Virus record (IMG/VR): IMGVR_UViG_2728369608_000007
DNA length: 42,163 bases
Direction: 5' to 3' (one strand)
Source of the DNA: a virus
Taxonomy: Duplodnaviria > Heunggongvirae > Uroviricota > Caudoviricetes
Shown here piece after piece: positions 29,743-38,780 of the stretch. The notes under the pieces were generated by a model. It had not been told where the DNA came from. It saw only the letters and a program-made list of their open reading frames with translations, and did not search any database. Made by a program: the position numbers and the translations under genes. How positions within the stretch are numbered: position 1 is the first letter of the stretch; every line of letters starts with the position of its first letter.

Positions 29743-30312
29743 TTACTGGTTGTAAGGATCGTAATCCGTGATTGCCTTCCCCGGATTTTCATCTTCAGCA
29801 GGCAGTCTGGCCTCTAAAGCATTTCGGTTGAACAGATAGGAAGCCCTACAGTGCGAACAAACCATATTAACGGCTCGCCCAAGGCCTGGCTTAATAACCA
29901 GACCTTCCGCTTGCAATATAGATTTTCTCTTTTGCTCGTAGCAATTGGGACAAATATAAACCGGAGATTGGTCAGTATCTGCAGAAAGCTTGCTGCGATA
30001 GACCAGAGTACCCCGCATAGGCTGGTAAAGTTCATAGCTCGCCGCTTCAGCGGCCCAGTTCTCTTGCTTTACTTTCTCATTTTCCAGTTCAACAATTTTC
30101 TCCTTAGCCGCAATCAGCAGCTCCTGAAGCGACATTTGCTGCATCTGAACATCCATTAGCTTATCGAGTAAGGTGTGCGTCTTCTCTTTAACTGCATAGT
30201 CGACAGTCAGATTCTGAATCTCTCTTGCTGCTCCAACCGCGCCTTTAATTGCTCCTCCCACGCCGGATAACGATTCAGTTATCCGGGAAAGAATTCCTTT
30301 TTCTTCAGACAT
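29743..30312 (-). CDS. hypothetical coiled-coil protein with C-terminal zinc ribbon (CPNC...CSHC)
   Basis: 189-aa ORF convergent with cI; direct repeats in its upstream region; hairpin GCCCC-N6-GGGGC downstream at 29675-29690. Confidence 0.6.
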   Translation of the reverse strand: MSEEKGILSRITESLSGVGGAIKGAVGAAREIQNLTVDYAVKEKTHTLLDKLMDVQMQQMSLQELLIAAKEKIVELENEKVKQENWAAEAASYELYQPMRGTLVYRSKLSADTDQSPVYICPNCYEQKRKSILQAEGLVIKPGLGRAVNMVCSHCRASYLFNRNALEARLPAEDENPGKAITDYDPYNQ

Positions 30313-30536
30313 ATCTAATCTCTCTCAAACTGTAGGGGTGAAGAGATATTAGACGATTTCTCACTGTAGGGGTACAAGGAGAACCACCTCGCCTGATGTG
30401 GTTAAAAGCAGGCACTCGATGATATCCATGTAATTGCTGTGTGTAGTCTTTGCCCGCCGCAAATGACGGGCTTTTTTATGTCTGAAAGCGCACTCGCAAC
30501 AGCGCGCTCCCCGATATGAAAAAAGGAATACAACCG

Positions 30537-30686
30537 ATGAAACCTGAACACCTCTATCGACTGACGGGGCGCGATGTTCTCCGTTATCGCCGTAAAAACT
30601 TCGATTTGATGACCGGTCTGGCCGTTGCCACTGCGCTCGGTCTGATCATCACTTTCATTCTCCTTGTAGCGAGGACCACAGTATGA
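30537..30686 (+). CDS. small membrane protein (49 aa), low-confidence
   Basis: ATG with AAGGA 10 nt upstream; one hydrophobic helix; stop overlaps the start of the next gene (ATGA). Confidence 0.35.
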   Translation: MKPEHLYRLTGRDVLRYRRKNFDLMTGLAVATALGLIITFILLVARTTV

Positions 30687-31585
30687 GTTTAGAAACCAGT
30701 CTCGAACTTAATAATCAACTTCTGGCACAACATAATGCGCTGCTTGAACGTCTTATCCGCACAATGGCATCAGGTATTGTTATGCATCCTGACACGATTT
30801 CACGAGTGCAGGAATGTCGGGATACAGCAACTGAAACTGAAAATATGTCAGCGGCAATGACACTGGATGATCTGGAGTTCAGCGACGTTATCGCACTGGC
30901 TGGTTTCTACCCAGTAGCCACCCCTATCACAGAAGACATGCTGCAACGTGCTGTTGCCTACCGTGATGCTGAAGGCGATAAACGAGTAGTTCAGATTGAT
31001 GCTCTCGACAGCGCATTGCAGGGCGTCAAACGAGCCAGGGCGCTGCTTAAACCTGCTCTCCTGGACCTGTCCCGTAACATCCTTAAGTTCTGGGACGACC
31101 TGCCAACCATCGGCGAGCGACGTGCTTTTGCCGAGCAGCTACTTGATGCACCTGCGGATGGGCGTGATGAAGTTAAGCCGAAAAAGGCCAGTAACAAAGA
31201 TGGAGAACGCACGGGGCCGTTTTACGTCAAAAATGTATCCGGCACAGCAGCCAGTGAACTCCACACCTTACGCAAGTTGAACGAGATGCTGAAAAAAGGC
31301 CATATCGAGACCAACCGTGTTGAGTACCTTCAGCTGCAGGAAGAATTTGCACGCAGAGACACAGCAAATTCCAGCCAGAATAATGACGCCAAAGATGACC
31401 ATACAATTGATTTCGCGGCACTACGCAAACAAGCTGAAGGGTTGATCCTCCAGTTAGCAAAAGGGGGTTACCGGGCAGAAGCTATTGCAATTCTGGAAAA
31501 ACAGGGAGCCAGGAAACTTGGTGAAGTAACGGATGAAAATCTCGCTGAAGTAATCACCCTGGCTGAAAAAGCACTGGAGGGTTAA
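30683..31585 (+). CDS. hypothetical protein (first large gene of the early operon)
   Basis: 300-aa ORF, translationally coupled neighbours. Confidence 0.6.
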   Translation: MSLETSLELNNQLLAQHNALLERLIRTMASGIVMHPDTISRVQECRDTATETENMSAAMTLDDLEFSDVIALAGFYPVATPITEDMLQRAVAYRDAEGDKRVVQIDALDSALQGVKRARALLKPALLDLSRNILKFWDDLPTIGERRAFAEQLLDAPADGRDEVKPKKASNKDGERTGPFYVKNVSGTAASELHTLRKLNEMLKKGHIETNRVEYLQLQEEFARRDTANSSQNNDAKDDHTIDFAALRKQAEGLILQLAKGGYRAEAIAILEKQGARKLGEVTDENLAEVITLAEKALEG

Positions 31586-31587
31586 TC

Positions 31588-32889
31588 ATGCCAGACGTTC
31601 ATGCACAACTTTCTCCATCATCAGCGCATCGATGGATGCGCTGCCCAGGAAGTCTGGCGCTGGAGGCCACACAACCGGATAAAGAAACAACTTTTGCAAT
31701 CGAGGGCACTGCAGCGCACGCGCTTGCTGAAAAAGTTCTACGAAACAGGCAAAGCCACCCGGAACACTACGCCGGATGCAATGTTTCTATGTTTCTCGGC
31801 TCATACCCCCTTCGCGAAAATCCTGATGATACATCTGGCCCACAGGTGGATGATGAAATGGTCGAAGCCGTTGGCCGGTATGTTGATACGGTCTGGACTC
31901 TTGCACAGAATAATGAACTATTGGTTGAACAACGTGTTGATTTCTCACATATAACGGGTGTGGAAGAATCTTTCGGAACTGCCGACGGCATAATCATCGC
32001 TGGTAGCGAATTACAAATCCACGACCTGAAATATGGCAAAGGCGTCCGCATTGATGCAGAACAAAATGAGCAACTACAACTGTATGCTCTGGGTGCTCTC
32101 GAACAATTCAGCATGCTGTATGACTTTGAGACTGTAAGATTATTTATTCACCAGCCAAGGCTCAACCACGTTTCAGAATGGTCGTTAACCGTGCAGGAAC
32201 TTCAGTCTTTCGGTAAACGAGCACAGGAGGCCGCAACCAGTGCGATCCTTGTTCTCAATATTGCTGAATGCGAAGGCATTGAGACACTACCGCTGGAAAA
32301 CTTCATACCTGGAGAAAAGCAGTGCCGCTTCTGTAAAGCAAAAGCTATTTGCACTGCCCAGAAAATGCAGCATTTACAAACAGCGGCCAGCGACTTTGAA
32401 GATCTGACAAAGCCTGTCAGCGAAATAATCACCAATGCCAGCGCACGTGTACCTCTGTTAACCATTGAGCAGCTTGCGGAGATCTATAGCCAGGCCGACT
32501 TTATTGAGTCCTGGCTAAAGGCAGTACGGGACCGGGTTCACAATGAACTCAATGCCGGACATCCGGTACCGGGGTTTAAACTGGTAACAGGAAAACAAGG
32601 TAACCGGGCCTGGAGTGATGAAGAGGCAGCTCGCGCACTTCTGAAGGACCAGTTCAGGTACAAAACTGAAGAAGTATTCGACTTTAAACTTATTAGTCCC
32701 ACAAAAGCCGAAAAACTTATCAAAAAGGCCAGTCCACGCCGTTGGTCAAAAGTCGAGGCACTGATAACACGAGCTGATGGTAAACCAACCGTCGTTCCCG
32801 AGTCAGACCCACGCCCCGCACTCAATATCAACCCTGTAAATGATTTCGACGACGTATCCGACGATACGCTAACCGCAGACCTCATCTGA
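31588..32889 (+). CDS. PD-(D/E)xK nuclease, DUF2800-like (Cas4/RecB-type with C-terminal Cys cluster)
   Basis: N-terminal [14 protein letters not shown] signature; C-terminal [10 protein letters not shown] cluster. Confidence 0.8.
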   Translation: MPDVHAQLSPSSAHRWMRCPGSLALEATQPDKETTFAIEGTAAHALAEKVLRNRQSHPEHYAGCNVSMFLGSYPLRENPDDTSGPQVDDEMVEAVGRYVDTVWTLAQNNELLVEQRVDFSHITGVEESFGTADGIIIAGSELQIHDLKYGKGVRIDAEQNEQLQLYALGALEQFSMLYDFETVRLFIHQPRLNHVSEWSLTVQELQSFGKRAQEAATSAILVLNIAECEGIETLPLENFIPGEKQCRFCKAKAICTAQKMQHLQTAASDFEDLTKPVSEIITNASARVPLLTIEQLAEIYSQADFIESWLKAVRDRVHNELNAGHPVPGFKLVTGKQGNRAWSDEEAARALLKDQFRYKTEEVFDFKLISPTKAEKLIKKASPRRWSKVEALITRADGKPTVVPESDPRPALNINPVNDFDDVSDDTLTADLI

Positions 32890-32904
32890 TTTAAGGAAAT
32901 ACCC

Positions 32905-33453
32905 ATGAAACTGAAGCTGAACAATGTTCGTCTGGCCTTCCCGTCTCTGTTTGAAGCTAAAACTGTAAACGGCGAAGGCGATCCGCGTTTCTCCGCAGTA
33001 TTTTTAATGTCTCCCAAACACCCACAACTGGAAGAAATCCGTAAAGCTATGAAGCAGGTAGCGAAGGAAAAATGGGGAGAGAAGTGGGAGCCCATTTATA
33101 ACCAGCTGGAGAAAAAACTCAATCTGTGCCTGCATGATGGTGATGAAAAAGCAGAGTATGAAGGCTTCCCCGGCAATTTCTTCCTGAATGCTGCTAACAA
33201 AGCGCGCCCAGCTGTTCTTGATCGCGATCGTTCGCCACTTATTCAGGCTGACGGACGTCCTTATGCAGGGTGCTATGTAAACGCCGTTATCGATATCTGG
33301 GCACAGGACAATAATTTCGGTAAACGCATTAATGCCTCACTCGGCGGAGTCCAGTTCCTGCGAGACGGCGATGCATTCGCTGGCGGCGGAGTGGCAAGCG
33401 CTGACGATTTCGACGATATCAGCGAAGGTGCTGATGCTGAAGCACTAATTTAA
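32905..33453 (+). CDS. ssDNA-binding protein, DUF2815-like
   Basis: 182-aa protein with acidic C-terminal tail (DDFDDI), in the canonical position after the DUF2800-like nuclease. Confidence 0.7.
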   Translation: MKLKLNNVRLAFPSLFEAKTVNGEGDPRFSAVFLMSPKHPQLEEIRKAMKQVAKEKWGEKWEPIYNQLEKKLNLCLHDGDEKAEYEGFPGNFFLNAANKARPAVLDRDRSPLIQADGRPYAGCYVNAVIDIWAQDNNFGKRINASLGGVQFLRDGDAFAGGGVASADDFDDISEGADAEALI

Positions 33454-33505
33454 CCCTACTTCATAGACGCCCGGTTAAACACCGGGCTACTGATTAGGCG
33501 TATAA

Positions 33506-34135
33506 TCACTCAGGAATCTTAATCTTTCTCAATTCTTTATTTAGTTCACAGATCTTTTTCTTAGACGGGAAAGTATCATACATCCAAAAACCAACAGTCT
33601 CTAAAACTATTATCATAACCATATACACAAGATAATTTAAAAGGCCTTCATTTTGCCCTATGGAAATAATGCAGATAATAGAAAAAAGGGTAAACAGCAC
33701 AAAACACAGAAAGGAAAACAGACGACTAATAATAAATAAAAAACCTGAAAAATCAACATTAATAAAAAACACTCCGTTATCTTTCTCTATATAATTCTGA
33801 AGCTTAATCAACTGATTTATATACTGTCTTTTTTCTAATCTATTGCAAATGTAAATAACATCTCTTCGGTTATAAGAGGATTGCAATTTCAGCGCATCAC
33901 GAATAATTTTATCATTTATTCTTTTTTCTATGGCTTTCTTATCCTCCTTATCCAGATAACGTTCATACTTAATTAAATATAAAATTAACTTCTTGACATA
34001 TTTAGGCTCTTTATACTTATAATTAAAAATGATCTTTCTTATCCAGACTCCCATAACAATCAAACATGAAAAAATATATCCAGCTATTTTCTCCAGATGC
34101 TCTGTATGGTCAATCAAGTATTGGATCATATGCAT
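33506..34135 (-). CDS. hypothetical membrane protein (moron, antisense to the replication operon)
   Basis: 209-aa ORF in very AT-rich DNA; hydrophobic segments at N-terminus and in the C-terminal third; K/E/Y-rich middle. Confidence 0.65.
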   Translation of the reverse strand: MHMIQYLIDHTEHLEKIAGYIFSCLIVMGVWIRKIIFNYKYKEPKYVKKLILYLIKYERYLDKEDKKAIEKRINDKIIRDALKLQSSYNRRDVIYICNRLEKRQYINQLIKLQNYIEKDNGVFFINVDFSGFLFIISRLFSFLCFVLFTLFSIICIISIGQNEGLLNYLVYMVMIIVLETVGFWMYDTFPSKKKICELNKELRKIKIPE

Positions 34136-34181
34136 AATTAATCTTTTAATCAGTTAATAGAATAAAAACCTAGGTAAACAC

Positions 34182-36245
34182 ATGTCCAATATACTATGGG
34201 GCGACCTGGAAACCTATTGCGAAATCCCTATTACGAACGGTACCCATGCGTATGCCGAAGGCGTTGAAGTGATGCTTTTCGCATGGGCTATCAACGACGG
34301 GCCAGTAAACGTGTGGGATATCACTGCCGGTGGTGGTATTCCACACGGCTTATACGAAGCAATCGCAGACCCTGAAACCCTGCTTTATTTCCATAACTCT
34401 CACTTCGACCGCACCGTTCTGCGTTATGCAATGCCGCGACTGGCACCGCCAGTCGAACGTTGGCGCGACACGATGGTGCAGGCGCTGGCGCACGGTCTCC
34501 CGGGGTCTCTGGGGGAACTCTGCGAAGTACTAGGCGTCCCGCAAGACAAAGCGAAGGACAAAGAAGGTAAAGCGCTGATCCAGCTGTTCTGTAAGCCACG
34601 TCCGAAAAACAGCAAACTGCGTCGGGCCACCAGTAAAACCCATCCGGAAGAATGGCGGCGCTTTGTTGCTTACGCCGGACTGGATATCGAAGCAATGCGT
34701 GAAGTCTATAAACGTCTGCCGAAGTGGAATTATCAGGGGACAGAGCTGGCGCTCTGGCATCGTGATCAGCAGATCAACGACCGGGGCGTCTGCATGGACA
34801 TGCAACTCGCGCGCGCTGCGATCGAAGCGGTAGACCAGGAGCAAAAGCGCCTGGCAAAGCGTACACAGGAAATGACTGATGGCGAAGTGCAGGCAGCCAC
34901 ACAACGGGACGCGTTGATTAAGCACATCGTTGAATCCTACGGTGTGGAGCTACCAGACATGCAACGCAGTACCCTGGAACGTCGTATGGCCGACCCCGAT
35001 TTATCATCTGCCGTGAAAGAACTGCTGGCTATCCGCCTGCAAGCCAGTACTACCAGCACCAGTAAATACAAGGCACTGATGAAAGGCGTAAGCCACGACG
35101 GGCGCTTACGCGGTACGCTACAGTTCTGCGGGGCGTCACGTACCGGTCGTTGGGCCGGACGGCTATTCCAGCCCCAGAACCTTCCCCGCCCTTCACTAAA
35201 ACAGGAACAAATAGACGAAGGCATCGAAGCACTGAAAGCCGGATGTGCAGACCTGCTGTTTGACAATATCATGGAACTAACCAGTTCAGCGTTACGTGGC
35301 TGCATTATCGCGCCAACAGGCAAAAAACTAGTGGTAAGTGACTTGTCAAACATTGAAGGCCGTATGCTGGCATGGCTGGCGGGAGAAGAATGGAAACTGA
35401 ATGCATTCAGAGAGTATGACGCTGGAACGGGTCCGGACTTATATAAACTGGCGTATGCAAAAGCTTTCGATATTGCACCAGATGATGTTGATAAACACAT
35501 GCGTCAGATCGGTAAAGTCATGGAACTCGGTCTGGGTTATGGAGGTGGTGTATCGGCTTTCATCACTTTTGCTCTGGTTTACGGTCTCGATCTCGACGAG
35601 CTGGCGAACGCCGCACTGCCAAACATTCCCCGCGATGTTATCCGCGAGGCAAAAAGCTGGTACGACGAATCGGTTAAGCGTAAGTCGACCTTTGGCCTGT
35701 CCGAGCGTGTATTCATCGCATGTGACTCGCTCAAGCGCCTGTGGCGCAGGGCGCACCCGGCGACCTGCGATTTCTGGTACGAGCTGGAGCGCACTGTCCG
35801 CACAGCAATCGCCACACCGCAAAAAACATTGTATTGCGGCTATCTTAAAATCCGACGTGATGGCGCGTGGCTGCGCATACAGCTACCATCCGGACGCGCT
35901 GTATGCTACCCGTCTCCGGTTATCGAACAAGGGAATATCACCTACATGGGTGTTAACTCTTATTCGCGTAAATGGCAACGACTCAAAACCTACGGCGGAA
36001 AGCTGGTGGAGAACGTCACCCAGGCGGCCGCCCGCGACGTTCTAGCCAGAAACATGCCGCTGATCGAGGGTGCCGGTTACAGCATTGTGCTAACGGTACA
36101 CGACGAGGTGATCACCGAAGCACCAGACACAGAAGATTTCAACGATAAAGCGCTTTCCGCGCTTCTCTCCACTAACCCCGAATGGGCACCCGATATTCCG
36201 CTGAACGCTGGCGGCTTTGAGGCGTACCACTACAAAAAAGATTGA
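34182..36245 (+). CDS. DNA polymerase, family A, with 3'-5' exonuclease domain
   Basis: Exo motif GDLETY; polymerase motifs DLSNIEGR (A), K...LGLGYG (B), VHDE (C). Confidence 0.9.
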   Translation: MSNILWGDLETYCEIPITNGTHAYAEGVEVMLFAWAINDGPVNVWDITAGGGIPHGLYEAIADPETLLYFHNSHFDRTVLRYAMPRLAPPVERWRDTMVQALAHGLPGSLGELCEVLGVPQDKAKDKEGKALIQLFCKPRPKNSKLRRATSKTHPEEWRRFVAYAGLDIEAMREVYKRLPKWNYQGTELALWHRDQQINDRGVCMDMQLARAAIEAVDQEQKRLAKRTQEMTDGEVQAATQRDALIKHIVESYGVELPDMQRSTLERRMADPDLSSAVKELLAIRLQASTTSTSKYKALMKGVSHDGRLRGTLQFCGASRTGRWAGRLFQPQNLPRPSLKQEQIDEGIEALKAGCADLLFDNIMELTSSALRGCIIAPTGKKLVVSDLSNIEGRMLAWLAGEEWKLNAFREYDAGTGPDLYKLAYAKAFDIAPDDVDKHMRQIGKVMELGLGYGGGVSAFITFALVYGLDLDELANAALPNIPRDVIREAKSWYDESVKRKSTFGLSERVFIACDSLKRLWRRAHPATCDFWYELERTVRTAIATPQKTLYCGYLKIRRDGAWLRIQLPSGRAVCYPSPVIEQGNITYMGVNSYSRKWQRLKTYGGKLVENVTQAAARDVLARNMPLIEGAGYSIVLTVHDEVITEAPDTEDFNDKALSALLSTNPEWAPDIPLNAGGFEAYHYKKD

Positions 36246-36309
36246 TATAACTCACCTTATCGAGCTATGGCGACATGCTGAATTCGAGTAAATTAAAGGA
36301 ACAATACTT

Positions 36310-37071
36310 ATGCAGGAACTAACTGAAATGCCGATCAACTATCCATACCCGAGAGAATCTTTTCCTGACTTTTTGAGGGAGTGTGGGTTCACCAATTTTT
36401 CCCACGAACAGCGTGAGACTTATGACTGCTATCGTTTAACGAATGGCGTAATTGTTAACCTTTACACCACCCGGACCATTCAGTTTCAAGGGAACCCTCA
36501 AGAACGTCCCAATGTTGAAACTGCAATAATGTCCCATTTAGGAACGCCCCCCACGGCAACACCACTAGCCGTAGAACAGCCATCTGAGCTTCCCAAAAAG
36601 ATATTCATTGTTCACGGCCATGACCATACTGCAAAGGAACAACTTGAGCTAATCCTTCATAAACTTGGATTACCAGACCATTTCATTTTGCAGAATACGG
36701 GAGGGACTGGACTCACCATTATTGAAGAGCTTGAACGTGAAATTGGGCAAGGACAAACTGCTACTCGTTTCGGGATTGTTCTTTTGACACCTGATGATAT
36801 GGGATACTCAAAGCGCGCCGGTGAAGCAGAAATCCAACCCCGCGCAAGACAGAACGTTGTACTCGAGATGGGTATGCTTCTTTCGTCCTTAGGGCGCAGC
36901 AATGTAGCAATCCTTCAGAAACAGCACCTAGAACAGCCTTCTGATGCTAACGGGATTTTGTATCTGAATTTCAACGACCATGTACGTGAAACAGTTCCTC
37001 GTCTAGTGCAACGGTTACAAAATTCTGGTTTCGAATTTACACAAGCTCAAATAGCTAACGCTTCCTCGTAA
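36310..37071 (+). CDS. hypothetical protein with C-terminal TIR-like/SLOG-type domain
   Basis: KIFIVHGHD ... FGIVLLTPDD ... ARQNVVLEMGMLL matches the TIR-like nucleotide-binding domain signature (conserved Glu in NVxxExG); N-terminal about 100 aa unknown. Confidence 0.7.
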   Translation: MQELTEMPINYPYPRESFPDFLRECGFTNFSHEQRETYDCYRLTNGVIVNLYTTRTIQFQGNPQERPNVETAIMSHLGTPPTATPLAVEQPSELPKKIFIVHGHDHTAKEQLELILHKLGLPDHFILQNTGGTGLTIIEELEREIGQGQTATRFGIVLLTPDDMGYSKRAGEAEIQPRARQNVVLEMGMLLSSLGRSNVAILQKQHLEQPSDANGILYLNFNDHVRETVPRLVQRLQNSGFEFTQAQIANASS

Positions 37072-37095
37072 TTACCCCCTTATTGTTGATTACAA

Positions 37096-37117
37096 CCCTG
37101 CATTGCGGGGTTTTTTA
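37096..37117 (+). terminator. terminator-like hairpin downstream of the TIR-like gene
   Basis: CCCTGC-ATT-GCGGGG followed by TTTTTT. Confidence 0.5.
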
Positions 37118-37135
37118 TTTGGGAATAAAAACCCT

Positions 37136-37276
37136 ATGTCATTTAAATACCGGGACAGTCCGCTTTATTACCGGACTGCACGGGAGGCTTTGCGCCTTGA
37201 ACAGTCCAGCGGGTACGACCGGGCGATGCAGGTCTGGGCCAAAGCGAACGTCGGTTTGATTTTTGTCTGATGCAGA
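37136..37276 (+). CDS. small ORF (46 aa), low-confidence
   Basis: ATG-initiated ORF below the length cutoff of the ORF track; weak ribosome-binding site. Confidence 0.25.
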
Positions 37277-37306
37277 ACATGCGCGAAAAGCGTAAGGAGG
37301 TGGACG

Positions 37307-37501
37307 ATGTCTAATATCGATAATAAAGGTTGGGGGTTCCCCGCCCTGTCGAAAAAAGCACATTTCTTTAATTCGGGGGAAGCCATATCACTATGCGGAA
37401 AATGGATGTTCACAGGTATCAGGATTGACGAATGGCATGACCATCCTGAGAACTGCGCTATCTGCATGAAGAAACGCAAAAAGCAGGAAGGCGAAAGCTA
37501 A
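37307..37501 (+). CDS. small putative zinc-binding protein
   Basis: Strong SD (AAGGAGG); Cys/His pattern C-x13-H-x2-H...C-x2-C; stop overlaps the VRR-NUC start. Confidence 0.45.
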   Translation: MSNIDNKGWGFPALSKKAHFFNSGEAISLCGKWMFTGIRIDEWHDHPENCAICMKKRKKQEGES

Positions 37502-37785
37502 TGGCCTATGAACGTGAAAACCTAATCGAAAAGCACCTCGTCGCTGAAGTAAAAAAGGCTGGCGGGGTTGCCTTTAAGTTCGTATCTCCCGGTCTCCGCT
37601 CGGTACCAGATCGCATTGTTCTGCTACCCGGCGGTCGCATCGTCTTTGTCGAATGCAAAGCACCAGGCAAACCACCACGACCTGATCAGTTGCGCGAGCA
37701 TGAACGTCTGCGAAAACTGGGCTTTACCGTGGTAGTACTGGATAGTAAGGAGCTTTCATGTATATTAGGCAAAAAATTACAATAG
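37501..37785 (+). CDS. VRR-NUC domain nuclease
   Basis: PDRIVLL...IVFVECKAPG PD-(D/E)xK-type motif; characteristically precedes the SNF2 helicase in phage replication modules. Confidence 0.8.
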   Translation: MAYERENLIEKHLVAEVKKAGGVAFKFVSPGLRSVPDRIVLLPGGRIVFVECKAPGKPPRPDQLREHERLRKLGFTVVVLDSKELSCILGKKLQ

Positions 37786-37800
37786 GAGTCTGTGTAAGCT

Positions 37801-38718
37801 ATGGCTAAGCAACAAACGAAAGAAATAAACCAAGATGATGTAAAAGACAACAAAAATATGCCACCTCATATATGCGGCATTATTATGCCAATTGCGGACA
37901 TAGAAGGTTATCCCACTGGACATTGGAGAAATGTTCATGACATTATTTGTGAAGCATCAAATGATGCCGGATTCAAGGCAAATTTGGTAAGTTCAGATGA
38001 TGATGTTGCAGTAATACAAAAACGAATTGTTCAAAATCTTTATGAAAACCCCATAGTTGTTTGCGATATAAGTGCTCGAAACGCTAATGTAATGTTTGAA
38101 TTAGGAATGCGTCTCGCATTTGACAAACCGACCGTAATTATTAAGGACGAGCGCACTCCTTATAGCTTTGACATTTCATCAATTGAACATTTAGAGTACC
38201 CTTCGGATTTAAGATACCAATCAATCAATTTATTCAAAGAAAGACTTGCGAGCAAGATAAAAGAAACATATTTAAAGTCAGTAACTGATCCTGAATACAC
38301 AACATTCCTCAAACATTTTGGCACTTTCAAAGTTGCACAACTAGACCAGAAAGAAGTATCAGAAACTGAGTATCTGGCATCTGAGATTAAAGATATCAAA
38401 TCATTATTGATATCTCTTAGGGCAACAGCAACGACAAAATCCAGATTTTTCGACTCACCGAAAAATTACTCGCAGCAGGAAATTGACAACTCTGTAGATA
38501 TTATTAAAAATGGAGTTGCCAGTTATACTATAAGGAGTGAAGGATTTAGTATATCAAAATCAGCACTAGAAAAGTTACGCCAAAGACTACACAACGCAGG
38601 ATTTCAAGTCGAGCAAATAGTATTGACAGGAAAAGAAGTAATTATTCATCTGTCATCACCTTTAATAAATGAAGAAGAAAATATTTTTAAAGATGCAATA
38701 GTAACAGCACTATTATAA
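37801..38718 (+). CDS. hypothetical protein with N-terminal TIR-like/SLOG- or nucleoside 2-deoxyribosyltransferase-like domain
   Basis: AT-rich gene; ICGIIMPIAD ... IVVCDISARNANVMFELGMRL shares the D..N(A/V)xxExGM pattern with the 36310-37071 product. Confidence 0.65.
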   Translation: MAKQQTKEINQDDVKDNKNMPPHICGIIMPIADIEGYPTGHWRNVHDIICEASNDAGFKANLVSSDDDVAVIQKRIVQNLYENPIVVCDISARNANVMFELGMRLAFDKPTVIIKDERTPYSFDISSIEHLEYPSDLRYQSINLFKERLASKIKETYLKSVTDPEYTTFLKHFGTFKVAQLDQKEVSETEYLASEIKDIKSLLISLRATATTKSRFFDSPKNYSQQEIDNSVDIIKNGVASYTIRSEGFSISKSALEKLRQRLHNAGFQVEQIVLTGKEVIIHLSSPLINEEENIFKDAIVTALL

Positions 38719-38733
38719 ATAACATTTTTAAAA

Positions 38734-38766
38734 CAACAAAAGGTCTAAATTGGCCTTTTGTTGTTT
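38734..38766 (+). terminator. terminator-like hairpin downstream of the AT-rich gene
   Basis: CAACAAAAGG-N10-CCTTTTGTTG followed by TTT. Confidence 0.45.
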
Positions 38767-38780
38767 AGGAGCCATATTAT

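Noticed and set aside
29508-29792. 94-aa minus-strand ORF in the cI-distal intergenic region
   Set aside because: No RBS, overlaps the 3' end of the 29743-30312 gene and a hairpin-rich stretch; more likely non-coding.
37307-37785. Toxin-antitoxin pair (small zinc-binding protein plus 94-aa protein)
   Set aside because: The 94-aa protein has a clear VRR-NUC nuclease motif and sits in its canonical place before the SNF2 helicase; the pair is better explained as replication-module genes.
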